From Bdellovibrionota bacterium (GTDB lineage: Bacteria > Bdellovibrionota > UBA2428): a stretch of DNA of 64,000 bases. Shown here in pieces: positions 17,107-26,082 of this stretch (position 1 is the first letter of the stretch; each line of letters begins with the position of its first letter). The DNA lies in assembly GCA_035539375.1 (NCBI GenBank), contig DATLIP010000114.1, positions 7,443 through 71,442 of the forward strand, given 5' to 3'. A program made the position numbers and the translations under genes. Under the pieces are notes generated by a model that was not told where the DNA came from, ran no database searches, and was given only the letters and a program-made list of their open reading frames with translations.

Positions 17107-18313
17107 GTTTTTTGGGAATGAAACGCAAAGATTTTTTGATAGCCGTCAAGCGAGGAGAGTCGAGAAGCAGCTCGACGGTTTCCGCAGCGATTCGCTCGGC
17201 ATTCACCTCGTGCTGCAGAATTTCGGGAATCACTCCGCGGCGAAGCAAGATGTTTGGCAGGCCCGCAAAGGAATCTGGATCACTGAAGTACGAGGTGAGC
17301 GACTTGATAAGCCAAGCCGAAAGCGGGTTAAGTTTGTAAAAGAGAATGTGCGGCAATTGGTAATACGCTGCTTCGAGCGAAGCGGTGCCCGAAGCCACCC
17401 AGCCAAAGTCCGAGGCCATTTGCGCGAGATGCGATTGAAAGACAAGCTTCCATTCGCCCGAAGCGATGAGCGCTTCGGCGCGCGCGCGATCTTTGGGCGC
17501 AAGGTGCGAGAGAAAGGATTCGGCGCTTTGGCCTTGGGCCACAGCCACAATGGCTCGTTGGCGCACTCCGACTTTGGCAAGACCCTTTTGTTCGGCGAGA
17601 CGCTTGAAGATCTCCCAAGATTTCACGAGCAGCGCCAAGTGGCGCTTGATCTCGGCGTGGCGCGAACCAGGCATCACACAGATAACGAAATCATTTTCAG
17701 CGAGCCCGAGATTCTCACGTGCCCCGCGACGGTTGAGCGGCAAGAGTGCGTCGCGAATCGGATGCCCGAGAAACTCCGCGTTCACTCCGGCGTCCAGGAA
17801 AATTTCTTTTTCAAAGGGCAGCGCCACGTAGAGCTTGCGCAAGAGGGATTTGATCATCGGCAAGCGGTGCTTGCGCCACGCCCACACCTGGGGCGCAATG
17901 ATGTAATCCACCGGCTTGTTTTGTTTGCGGGCCATGCCCGCGAGCTTCAAGTTGAAATCTGGGAAGTCGATACACAGCACCGAATCCACGCTCTTCAGCT
18001 CAGCTTCGAGCGCACCGAGCACGGCGAAGATCTTTTTGAGATTGCGCAGCACCTCGACGATGCCCACCACAGCGACATCTTGCGTGCGCCCGATAGGCCT
18101 GACGCCGGCGGCTTGCGAGAGAGGCCCCGCGAGGCCCACAAATTCGAGCCGATCGGGATAAGCGCCCGAAAGAGTGGAGACAATTTTCGACAAAATCAGA
18201 TCGCCGGAATGATCTCCGGCCGAGACGAGCACACGGTGTTTCACGGCGCCTACCTTAAATCCCCCGAGCCCCCCGATCAACCGAAGCCGGGCCACGAATC
18301 GCGCAAAGAGCAT
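17045..18313 (-). CDS. lpxB: Lipid-A-disaccharide synthase
   Basis: The N-terminus (VLVSAGDHSGD) resembles LpxB ...GEASGD; GT19 family length and conservation. Confidence 0.9.
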   Translation of the reverse strand: MLFARFVARLRLIGGLGGFKVGAVKHRVLVSAGDHSGDLILSKIVSTLSGAYPDRLEFVGLAGPLSQAAGVRPIGRTQDVAVVGIVEVLRNLKKIFAVLGALEAELKSVDSVLCIDFPDFNLKLAGMARKQNKPVDYIIAPQVWAWRKHRLPMIKSLLRKLYVALPFEKEIFLDAGVNAEFLGHPIRDALLPLNRRGARENLGLAENDFVICVMPGSRHAEIKRHLALLVKSWEIFKRLAEQKGLAKVGVRQRAIVAVAQGQSAESFLSHLAPKDRARAEALIASGEWKLVFQSHLAQMASDFGWVASGTASLEAAYYQLPHILFYKLNPLSAWLIKSLTSYFSDPDSFAGLPNILLRRGVIPEILQHEVNAERIAAETVELLLDSPRLTAIKKSLRFIPKKLGDAGVSFRIAEDLAKLWKL

Positions 18314-18385
18314 TTAAGTGGTGGGTATAGAGGGTAGCCACTAAACCGACACGCTCACAGCATCGTGAACAATAGGAGGCCCTCT

Positions 18386-19042
18386 ATGCGAAACCTGATT
18401 CTCAGCGCCCTCTTCCTCAGCCTAGCCCCCGCCCACGCGGAAGAAACCCTCTGCGATTTTACGATCGATACCTTTGGAATCCCCCTCGGTTCCCCATGGA
18501 ACGATCCCAACGATTCCCACAACGTCCCAAAGGTGGACCTCGACAACCTAGACTCCGAGTACCGAAGACTCGGTAAAATTGTGTACAAAGCCGATTCCAG
18601 CGAACCCGTTTACGGAAAGATCTCCGAAGCGCGCGAACGAGAGCAAGAACTGCTTTTTCTGAGTGGTGAGGCCAAAACCAAAGACGCCGCATTTCGTCAG
18701 GTCGACTGTGTGAACAAAAACCTTAGCGAACTCCTAAAGCGAGACGAAGCCAAGTTCCGAGGCGCTACTCTCGAAATTAGCGGCGGCTGGGGCGGCATCG
18801 CCAAATACTCCGTAAACTTTCTCACGGAGCTCGACCCCAAGAGCGTCAAGGTGGACTACGCAACGGCCACGGTCAACGAAAGCTACAACGCCGCAACCGG
18901 TCGCATCGAAGAGAGCTCCTACACATGGTCCATCGGTTTCAAAGTCGACCTCAATAGCCAAAACTTCAGCTACTACGACCGCCCCGAAGAAGGTTACGAA
19001 AAGCTCTACGAAGCCGAACTCATCGTCGAAGACAAAGAATAG
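18386..19042 (+). CDS. Secreted hypothetical protein
   Basis: ATG at 18386 with AGGAGG 8 nt upstream; signal peptide MRNLILSALFLSLAPAHA; no known domain. It lies on the opposite strand inside the lpx cluster. Confidence 0.55.
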   Translation: MRNLILSALFLSLAPAHAEETLCDFTIDTFGIPLGSPWNDPNDSHNVPKVDLDNLDSEYRRLGKIVYKADSSEPVYGKISEAREREQELLFLSGEAKTKDAAFRQVDCVNKNLSELLKRDEAKFRGATLEISGGWGGIAKYSVNFLTELDPKSVKVDYATATVNESYNAATGRIEESSYTWSIGFKVDLNSQNFSYYDRPEEGYEKLYEAELIVEDKE

Positions 19043-19048
19043 CTCCGA

Positions 19049-20104
19049 CTAGCCGAGCACTTTGATCGTCGACAGAATGCGGTCGATGATCTCGTGCGTG
19101 CAGAGTGCCGAATCCGAATCCGGCTCGAGCTCTTCGGGACGGCAGAAGTCAAAAGACCCCTGCGCGACATCGGGAGCCACGGTGTACGAACCGCGCAGCG
19201 AGTTCACGAAGGCTTCGATCTCAAGTCCGAGCGGATCCCCGCCCGACCAAGAGTTTTCACGCGCGATGAACGAGTTCTGATCGCGGCCCATTTTTTCAAA
19301 GCGCTTCAGCGAGCGACGCATGAAATCGATCGAGGCGTGCCAATCGGGGCCCGTGAGTTCCCACGAACGCGAGGATTCGGCCGAAAGGCGCGAGGCGAAG
19401 AAGCGGGCTTCGCCGCCGTCTTCGAGGTGCAGCGACACCTGGGCCTGGTCGATAAAATCCGAACGCAAGCGACGACCCCAGGCCGAAACGTCTTTGACGG
19501 CCGGCAGAGAGAAGACCTTGCTCACAAGACAGAAAAGATCCAGGTCGTGCACCATGAGGTCATGGATGACGTCGGTGTCGGCGGCGCGCGGAACAAAGGG
19601 ACCACGGCGTTCGGCATGGATCGTCCATGGCGAGTGGCGCTCTGGGCGCCAGCCGCCCCAGAGGTTGGCGAGCGACCAGCGCTCGATGAGACCCACCTGC
19701 AGCACTTTGCCCTTTTCGCGGGCCTTGTCGCCGAGTTCGCGGCAATCGATGGCCGAGAATCCGAGCGGTTTTTCTACGAGGCAGTGCAGCCCTTTGTCGA
19801 GACACGCCAGCGTGGCTTCTTTGTGGATCGAGGCGGGCACCGCGATGATCGCGGCGTCGGGTTTGTTTGTGGGGCCGAGATTCGAAAGGTCGCCGATGTT
19901 GGCGATGACTTCGGGCGGGTGCGGATGTCCTGCGAACTCACGCAGCGTCGCCCCAGCTCGCAATTCGTCGGGTTCGACGATGACCGACACGCGTGCGCCA
20001 ACGCGATCTCCAATCGCGCGAACCTTTTTAATGTGGTTCGCCCCCATGTGTCCGGCGCCCACCACCGCGAATTTGATCGTGCCACTCATTTTTGCTCTGT
20101 TCAT
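19049..20104 (-). CDS. Gfo/Idh/MocA-family NAD(P)-dependent oxidoreductase
   Basis: Rossmann N-terminus IKFAVVGAGHMGANH with an EKP motif; lies between lpxA and lpxB. Confidence 0.8.
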   Translation of the reverse strand: MNRAKMSGTIKFAVVGAGHMGANHIKKVRAIGDRVGARVSVIVEPDELRAGATLREFAGHPHPPEVIANIGDLSNLGPTNKPDAAIIAVPASIHKEATLACLDKGLHCLVEKPLGFSAIDCRELGDKAREKGKVLQVGLIERWSLANLWGGWRPERHSPWTIHAERRGPFVPRAADTDVIHDLMVHDLDLFCLVSKVFSLPAVKDVSAWGRRLRSDFIDQAQVSLHLEDGGEARFFASRLSAESSRSWELTGPDWHASIDFMRRSLKRFEKMGRDQNSFIARENSWSGGDPLGLEIEAFVNSLRGSYTVAPDVAQGSFDFCRPEELEPDSDSALCTHEIIDRILSTIKVLG

Positions 20105-20115
20105 GTGTTTCTTTC

Positions 20116-20904
20116 CTACCGTTGAATGCCTACTTTAGAGGACTTCACAAAATTAATAAAACGCTCTGCCGTGGAATCCCCGGCAAAGCGCTCTTCGAGT
20201 TCGCTAATACAAGCGGCAAGAGTTTTGCCGCTCTTGTAGAAGACTTTATAGAGTTCCGAAATTGTACGGATCTGCTGGTTGGTGAGGCCGCGACGCTTGA
20301 GACCCACCAGGTTCGGACCCATGACTTCGGAGAAGTCTTTGGCCGCCATGAAGGGCGGCAAGTCGCGACGAAGCACGGTGCCCGCGCCCATAAAGGAATA
20401 AGCGCCCACCCGGCAAAACTGCGTGATGCCCACGATACCGCCAATGACAACAAAGTCTTCGACATCGACATGGCCGGCAAGGGCCACTTGGTTGGCGAGG
20501 ATGTTGTCCGAGCCCACGGTGCAGTCGTGCGCCACGTGGCAACCAACCATAAGCATGTTGCGCGAGCCGACCACGGTCTTCTGGCGCCCCTTAACAGTAC
20601 CGCGATGAATCGTTACCGATTCGCGGAAGATGTTGTCGTCACCGATTTCCACGGTGGTTTCTTCACCTTTATAAGATGTGTCTTGCGGGGCTCCGCCAAG
20701 CGAGGAGAAGGCGTATACGGTATTGCGCGCACCGATGCGGGTGACACCTTCGACCACCACGTGCGAGCGTAGCACAGTGCCGTCGCCAATCTGAGCGCGT
20801 GGGCCCACCAGGCAATTCGGTCCGATTTCCACGCCGGCGCCGAGCTCGGCACCCTTTTCCACGATGGCGGTGGGATGAATTTTCACGCTGCTCATTCTCG
20901 TCAT
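20116..20904 (-). CDS. lpxA: UDP-N-acetylglucosamine O-acyltransferase
   Basis: The N-terminus IHPTAIVEKGAELG matches E. coli LpxA VHPTAIVEEGASIG; hexapeptide repeats throughout. Confidence 0.9.
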   Translation of the reverse strand: MTRMSSVKIHPTAIVEKGAELGAGVEIGPNCLVGPRAQIGDGTVLRSHVVVEGVTRIGARNTVYAFSSLGGAPQDTSYKGEETTVEIGDDNIFRESVTIHRGTVKGRQKTVVGSRNMLMVGCHVAHDCTVGSDNILANQVALAGHVDVEDFVVIGGIVGITQFCRVGAYSFMGAGTVLRRDLPPFMAAKDFSEVMGPNLVGLKRRGLTNQQIRTISELYKVFYKSGKTLAACISELEERFAGDSTAERFINFVKSSKVGIQR

Positions 20905-20914
20905 TCCCTTTCGC

Positions 20915-21367
20915 TCAAGTCCTCGACGGCGGGTCGAGTCCGAGCCAGAAGTGGCCCGAAGCGCACAACTTCTCCCCGTTGTAGACTTCGGCTTTCCAAT
21001 AGTGCAACCAAGATTTGTGTTTGATTTTTTCGCATTTGATGCGAAGGGTGATCGGCGGTTTCACGATGCCGCGAAACTTGAACTCGTCGATAGACACCAA
21101 GAGCCCGTCGGGCACCGTGGCGCCCTCTTCTTGGGCACCGAGCCAAATCCAGAGACAAGCCTGAGCGCCGGCTTCCACCTGCAGCACGCCCGGAAAAACC
21201 GGGTCGCCGGGAAAGTGACCCGCAAAAACGGGATTGCTCGCGTCGAGATCGAGCTCCACAGTACCGCGCACGCCTTTGCCGTCTTGAACCTCACGCTCCA
21301 CAAGCCGCGTTACCCAAACAAAGGGAGCGCGGTGCGGGAGCGAATGTTCGGGCTGGTTAGAAATCAC
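20915..21367 (-). CDS. fabZ: 3-hydroxyacyl-ACP dehydratase
   Basis: Hot-dog fold with FAGHFPGDPVFPGVLQVEA. Confidence 0.9.
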   Translation of the reverse strand: MISNQPEHSLPHRAPFVWVTRLVEREVQDGKGVRGTVELDLDASNPVFAGHFPGDPVFPGVLQVEAGAQACLWIWLGAQEEGATVPDGLLVSIDEFKFRGIVKPPITLRIKCEKIKHKSWLHYWKAEVYNGEKLCASGHFWLGLDPPSRT

Positions 21368-22521
21368 GCGCCCTCCCCTTTCGCTTTGAGCTGTTTTTCG
21401 AGCGTTTTGATGCGCTCGTAGAGTTCGGGCAATTTGCTGGTGAGCGTGGCGATCTTAAGCGCCTCATTCATGGGGCGCGGGGGATAACCCTTGACCTGTT
21501 CACCATCGCGCAAGTCGCGCGAGATGCCGCTCTGGGCTCCCACCACCACGTCGTCGCCAATCGAGACATGGCCCTTGGTGCCCACGAGTCCAGCAAAGGT
21601 GCTTCGCGAGCCTACGATGGTCGATCCCGAAAGACCCACCAGCGCGCAGACGATGTTCGCTTCGCCGAGTTCACAGTTGTGTGCGATCTGCACGTGGTTG
21701 TCGATTTGTGTGTCCGCACCGATCACCGTGTCCGCAAAAACACCGCGGTCCACAGCAACAAAAGCACCAATGCGAACGCGATCACCGATGCTCACCGATC
21801 CGGTGTGCATGCGCTGTCGCGGTGTGCGCGAGCCGGGATAGACCACGATGCCAAATCCGGGAGTTCCGAGCGAGACATGGGGGCCGAGCACGGCGCCTTC
21901 ACCAATTTGCACGTGATCTGCAATCGCGCAGTGGGCTCCGAGCACGGTGCCATCGCCGATGCGCACGTTCGCGCCGATACGAGATCCCGCACCGATCACG
22001 ACGTCGTCACCGATCACCGAACCGGGGCCAATGAGAACGCCCGGCTCTAGCCTAGCGCGCGGAGAAATTTCGGCGTGTTTGGTAGCGTCTTCGGTAGCCA
22101 CCCACTCTTCGACCCAAGTCTCACGCGCGAGCCAATCCACAAAGGCATCGGCCGCAGCACAGATCACAAGATTCGCAGGAGCAGACATGTCCGCCTTGAA
22201 CAAAGCGGCAAGCGGATGCTTGGCGTCGAGCACGCAAAACGAAAAGTTTTGCACAAGAGCGCCGAGCGTCGCAGCATCAAAGCGCTTGCCGGCGCCAACG
22301 TAGGTGTAGCGAGAGCGCGTTTCGTTGCCGGTAGAGTCGCTCGAGGCGGGGCCGAGGGCGAAATCATCGCGGCCCCACTCAGCGAAAAGCCTTGAGTGCG
22401 CAGGCACCCAAGGCTCGAAACCGATTTCGGCGGCGTCTTTACGCAGCTCGTCCCAGCCCTGGGTCCAGCGCTGGGCAAGCGAAACGGTACGCAAAAGAGT
22501 TCTAGGGGTTCTTCTCGTCAT
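21364..22521 (-). CDS. lpxD: UDP-3-O-(3-hydroxyacyl)glucosamine N-acyltransferase
   Basis: Extended left-handed beta-helix hexapeptide repeats and a C-terminal helical tail. The N-terminus is probably shorter than the track ORF, which overlaps skp. Confidence 0.85.
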   Translation of the reverse strand: MTRRTPRTLLRTVSLAQRWTQGWDELRKDAAEIGFEPWVPAHSRLFAEWGRDDFALGPASSDSTGNETRSRYTYVGAGKRFDAATLGALVQNFSFCVLDAKHPLAALFKADMSAPANLVICAAADAFVDWLARETWVEEWVATEDATKHAEISPRARLEPGVLIGPGSVIGDDVVIGAGSRIGANVRIGDGTVLGAHCAIADHVQIGEGAVLGPHVSLGTPGFGIVVYPGSRTPRQRMHTGSVSIGDRVRIGAFVAVDRGVFADTVIGADTQIDNHVQIAHNCELGEANIVCALVGLSGSTIVGSRSTFAGLVGTKGHVSIGDDVVVGAQSGISRDLRDGEQVKGYPPRPMNEALKIATLTSKLPELYERIKTLEKQLKAKGEGA

Positions 22522-23041
22522 AGGCCTTGATGACTTCTTCGGTGAGATCCGTTTTGTCTTCGGCGTAGAGAATCGCTTCGCCGGTGTCGTCGATCACGAG
22601 ATCCATTTTGCGTTTGGAACCGACGCGAGTGGTCGCTTCGCGCAGACCTTTGACGATCGGCTCGATGGCTTCGGCCTGGCGGCGCTGAGCGTCCATTTGG
22701 AATTTCTGCGCGCGTTGCTGGATGTCCACCATACGCTGCTGAAGGGCGCCACCTTGCTCGGCACGGGCCTTTTCAGAAAGCGCTTCGGCTTTTTGTTGAA
22801 ACGCCTGGGCGTCTTTTTGGAATTTTTCTTGGTCTTTTTCGAGTTTGGTTTTTTCGGCGCCCAAATCTTTCTCGAGTTTGGCCTGGGCGTTCTTACCGCG
22901 TTTCACCGAACGCAGCGCGCGCTGCATGTCGACGGTTCCCACTTTCACGGCGGCTTGGGCGAGGCCCGCGGTGCCGAACGCTACGAGGGTGGCGGACATC
23001 AATACTTTTTTAAACGTCATCATTTTCATCTTCTCCTTCAA
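22502..23041 (-). CDS. skp: Periplasmic chaperone Skp (OmpH)
   Basis: Signal peptide followed by a K/E/Q-rich coiled coil of about 150 aa, located between bamA and lpxD. Confidence 0.85.
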   Translation of the reverse strand: MKEKMKMMTFKKVLMSATLVAFGTAGLAQAAVKVGTVDMQRALRSVKRGKNAQAKLEKDLGAEKTKLEKDQEKFQKDAQAFQQKAEALSEKARAEQGGALQQRMVDIQQRAQKFQMDAQRRQAEAIEPIVKGLREATTRVGSKRKMDLVIDDTGEAILYAEDKTDLTEEVIKAYDEKNP

Positions 23042-23047
23042 AAATCC

Positions 23048-25405
23048 CTAAAAAGACGGGGCAATCATAAAGTTAAATACAGGTCTATAATCGCGCTTAA
23101 GATCCGATAGCACAAGCGGGTAACCCCACTCAAAACGCAGCGGACCCAGTGGCGAGTACCAGCGAATCCCCCAACCGTAGTTGCTCAGGATAGCAGGCTC
23201 TAACTTCGACATCGTTCCGTTCCAAGCGTTACCGGCGTCGAAGAAAACCACTCCGCGAATGTTCGCTTCGGGAATCAGCGTGAATTCGATTTCGTGGTTC
23301 ATCACGATTTTTTGCGAACCCCCTAGCACATAATCGCGGGCACCGAGCGCAGCCTCTTTGGAATTGCGCACAGAAGCGAGGTGCTTGGTGGGACCGACGG
23401 TATACGAATCGTAACCGCGCAGCGACTGGATGCCGCCCAGGATGTAGCGCTGGGAATCGGGCACAGTATCGCCGCCATAGGGGAAGAGTACGCCGTAGTC
23501 CAGGCGCGTGCGGTAGACAAAAGACCAGAAAAGCTTCTGATAGTAGCGACCCGAAGCGTTCCAACCCATGTACTTGCGACCGCCTAGACCGGCCACTTCA
23601 CCGCTCGTGGAGAGGTACATACCGCCCGAGGGGTCGAGACGGTTGTTACGCGTGTCGTATTCAAGCGAAAGGCTGAGCGAGGAGACATAAGACTCTTTGT
23701 CTTTGTCTGGGTTTGTGAAGATCTGAGGGTTCACAACGTCGCGGAAGAGCGTGTGGTGGAAACGGTAACCACTGTACACGAAAAGGCTCTCACGCAGCTC
23801 CTTGCCGAGGCGCATCGAGCCGCCCGACGAACGCTTGTCATAGGTCTTGGGTTTCACGCCGACGGGATATTCGTCGATCATGAGGTCCATGCCCAGTGAG
23901 TAATCCGAGTCGTTGATGTGCGGATCGACGTAAGTGAGGCTGAAGGTTTTCGAGCCCGAACGCTTGGTGCCCGAAAGGTCTTTCTCGTCAGAGAAGGAGA
24001 GGTTCATATTGAACGACAACTGACGGCCAAGACCGAAGAGGTTGTTCTGCGCCACTTGCGCACCAAAGATGAAGCCCGAAGCATTGCCGTAACCGGCCGA
24101 CACGTTGAGCGACCCGGTAGGTTTTTCTTCGACCTTGATCTCGAGGTCGATGACGTTGGTCTTGCCATCGGGACTCGAGGTGAGAAAATTCACGTCGGAA
24201 CCAAAGAAGCCGAGGCGCTGGATGCGCTCGAAGCCTTTTTTACGCTTGGTAGCGTTGTAAAGTTCGCCCTCGTTGAAAGGCAGTTCGCGACGCAGCACTT
24301 TGTCGTGCGTCTTGGTGTTGCCCGTGACCGAGATCTTGCCCCAATAGGCCTTCTCACCTGGCTCGACCGAGATGCCCAGGTCGACAACGCTCTTGCCATC
24401 CTGAACCCGCGGACGCGGAATCACGTTCGCAAAAGCGTAGCCCTGGTCACCGTACTTGTCGGTGAGCTTGATGATCTCCCCCTGCAGCACGCCAGTGGAG
24501 AAGATGTCGTTCTTTTTCATCTCGAAGCTGTCGCGCAGTTCTTTTTCTTCGAAGAGCAGATCGCCCGCGAATTCCACCTCACCGAGGCGGAATTGGGGAC
24601 CTTCGTCCACGTCGATCACCATGTCGACGTAGCGACGATCCTGGCTGAGCGTGACACGCGGTTTGGCGAATTTGGCCTGAATATAACCCGAGTTGCCGTA
24701 GAAAAACGCGAGCATCGCAAGATCACGTTCGAAGACCTCTTCACGATAGGTGCCACCCGAAGTGGCCCACGAGAAGAAATGCCCTTCGGCACTCTGCATG
24801 ACTTGTTTGAGTTCCGCTGCGGAATAAACCTTGTTGCCAAGAAAGAAGATCTTACGGATGCGCACGCGATCGTTTTCAAAAACGCGAATCACGAGCTCGG
24901 CCGAACCGGGCGCGTCGCCCGGCACCACTTCGTGCTCGGCCGAGGCCAGGTAATAGCCCTTCTCTTCGTAGCGCTGAATGATTTTGGCTTTGGCCTCTTG
25001 GATCTCACCCAGGTTCAACACCTTGAAAGGTTTCAATCCCGAGGTCTCTTCGAGCTCTTTGGTTTCAAATTCCGAAGCGCCTTCGTAGCGGATCTTCTCC
25101 ACCACGGGTCGCTCGCGCACTTGCACGGTGAGCGCACCCCCAGACTCGAGGATGCGCACGTCTTCAAAATAACCGAGCTCAAAGATCGAGAGCGTGTCAG
25201 CGCGCGCGGCGTCGGCTGTGATCTCCGCACCCTTCTTGAGCTGCATGCGCTCCATGATGGCATCGGCTTCGATGCGGGCATTGCCCTTCACCTGAACGGA
25301 GGCAACCTTGGCGGCCAAAGCTGTAGATGCAAATACAAGGAAGGCCGAGAGGGCCCCGAGGCGATGCCATTTCACAGAAATCATCCGGACTCTAAACAAT
25401 ATCAA
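23048..25405 (-). CDS. bamA: Outer membrane protein assembly factor BamA
   Basis: 785 aa with a signal peptide, POTRA-like repeats and a C-terminal beta-barrel ending ...IAPSF. Confidence 0.9.
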   Translation of the reverse strand: MILFRVRMISVKWHRLGALSAFLVFASTALAAKVASVQVKGNARIEADAIMERMQLKKGAEITADAARADTLSIFELGYFEDVRILESGGALTVQVRERPVVEKIRYEGASEFETKELEETSGLKPFKVLNLGEIQEAKAKIIQRYEEKGYYLASAEHEVVPGDAPGSAELVIRVFENDRVRIRKIFFLGNKVYSAAELKQVMQSAEGHFFSWATSGGTYREEVFERDLAMLAFFYGNSGYIQAKFAKPRVTLSQDRRYVDMVIDVDEGPQFRLGEVEFAGDLLFEEKELRDSFEMKKNDIFSTGVLQGEIIKLTDKYGDQGYAFANVIPRPRVQDGKSVVDLGISVEPGEKAYWGKISVTGNTKTHDKVLRRELPFNEGELYNATKRKKGFERIQRLGFFGSDVNFLTSSPDGKTNVIDLEIKVEEKPTGSLNVSAGYGNASGFIFGAQVAQNNLFGLGRQLSFNMNLSFSDEKDLSGTKRSGSKTFSLTYVDPHINDSDYSLGMDLMIDEYPVGVKPKTYDKRSSGGSMRLGKELRESLFVYSGYRFHHTLFRDVVNPQIFTNPDKDKESYVSSLSLSLEYDTRNNRLDPSGGMYLSTSGEVAGLGGRKYMGWNASGRYYQKLFWSFVYRTRLDYGVLFPYGGDTVPDSQRYILGGIQSLRGYDSYTVGPTKHLASVRNSKEAALGARDYVLGGSQKIVMNHEIEFTLIPEANIRGVVFFDAGNAWNGTMSKLEPAILSNYGWGIRWYSPLGPLRFEWGYPLVLSDLKRDYRPVFNFMIAPSF

Positions 25406-26082
25406 ATACGTCCGTCTTTCAAATGGTATTGGACAGGATAGTGAGCCGCGAGCTCAACATCGTGCGTTACACTCACGAGGGTGGTCCCCCACTCCCGATT
25501 CGCGCGAAAGAGCAGTTCCATGACCTCCATCGAGCGCGTGCGGTCCAAATTGCCGGTGGCTTCGTCAGTAAAGAGCAGCTTCGGGCGCAGAGCCAAGGCG
25601 CGGGCGATGGCCACACGCTGCTGTTCCCCACCCGAGAGTTGCCAGGGGTACTTTTTACGCTTCTCAGAGAGCCCCACCCATTCGAGGAGCTGTGCGGGCC
25701 AACCCGCCTCAGTTTCGCCCGCAAGGGAGAGCACGATTTCCACGTTTTCCTGGGCATTGAGCTCGGGAATCAAATGATGGAATTGAAAGACAAAGCCCAT
25801 ATTGCGAAGTCGAAACGTCGCGCGTTCGTTTTCGTCGAGACCCGCGGGATCTTGTCCAAGCAGACGAAGCGATCCGGCGTCGGGGCGGTCGAGGAGCCCT
25901 AAACAATTGAGGAGCGTAGATTTGCCCGATCCCGAAGCGCCCAAGAGGGCGACGCGCGCACCGGTTTCGATCACACACGAAACGCCCTTCAAGACAGGTT
26001 CGTCGGTTTCACTGCGATAAGTTTTGCTTAGATCTTGGGCCACGATGGCCGGCGAACTCACTTGCGTCGTCATCTCTATCAC
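25402..26082 (-). CDS. lolD: Lipoprotein-releasing system ATP-binding protein
   Basis: ABC ATPase with Walker A GASGSGKST, signature LSGGEQQR and Walker B LLFTDE; 4-bp overlaps on both sides. Confidence 0.8.
   Translation of the reverse strand: MIEMTTQVSSPAIVAQDLSKTYRSETDEPVLKGVSCVIETGARVALLGASGSGKSTLLNCLGLLDRPDAGSLRLLGQDPAGLDENERATFRLRNMGFVFQFHHLIPELNAQENVEIVLSLAGETEAGWPAQLLEWVGLSEKRKKYPWQLSGGEQQRVAIARALALRPKLLFTDEATGNLDRTRSMEVMELLFRANREWGTTLVSVTHDVELAAHYPVQYHLKDGRI

Noticed and set aside
17210-18337. 375-aa plus-strand ORF
   Set aside because: Antisense to lpxB.
19094-20138. Plus-strand ORFs of 343 and 272 aa
   Set aside because: Antisense to the Gfo/Idh/MocA oxidoreductase; proline/arginine-rich products.
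23918-25441. 507-aa plus-strand ORF
   Set aside because: Antisense to bamA.
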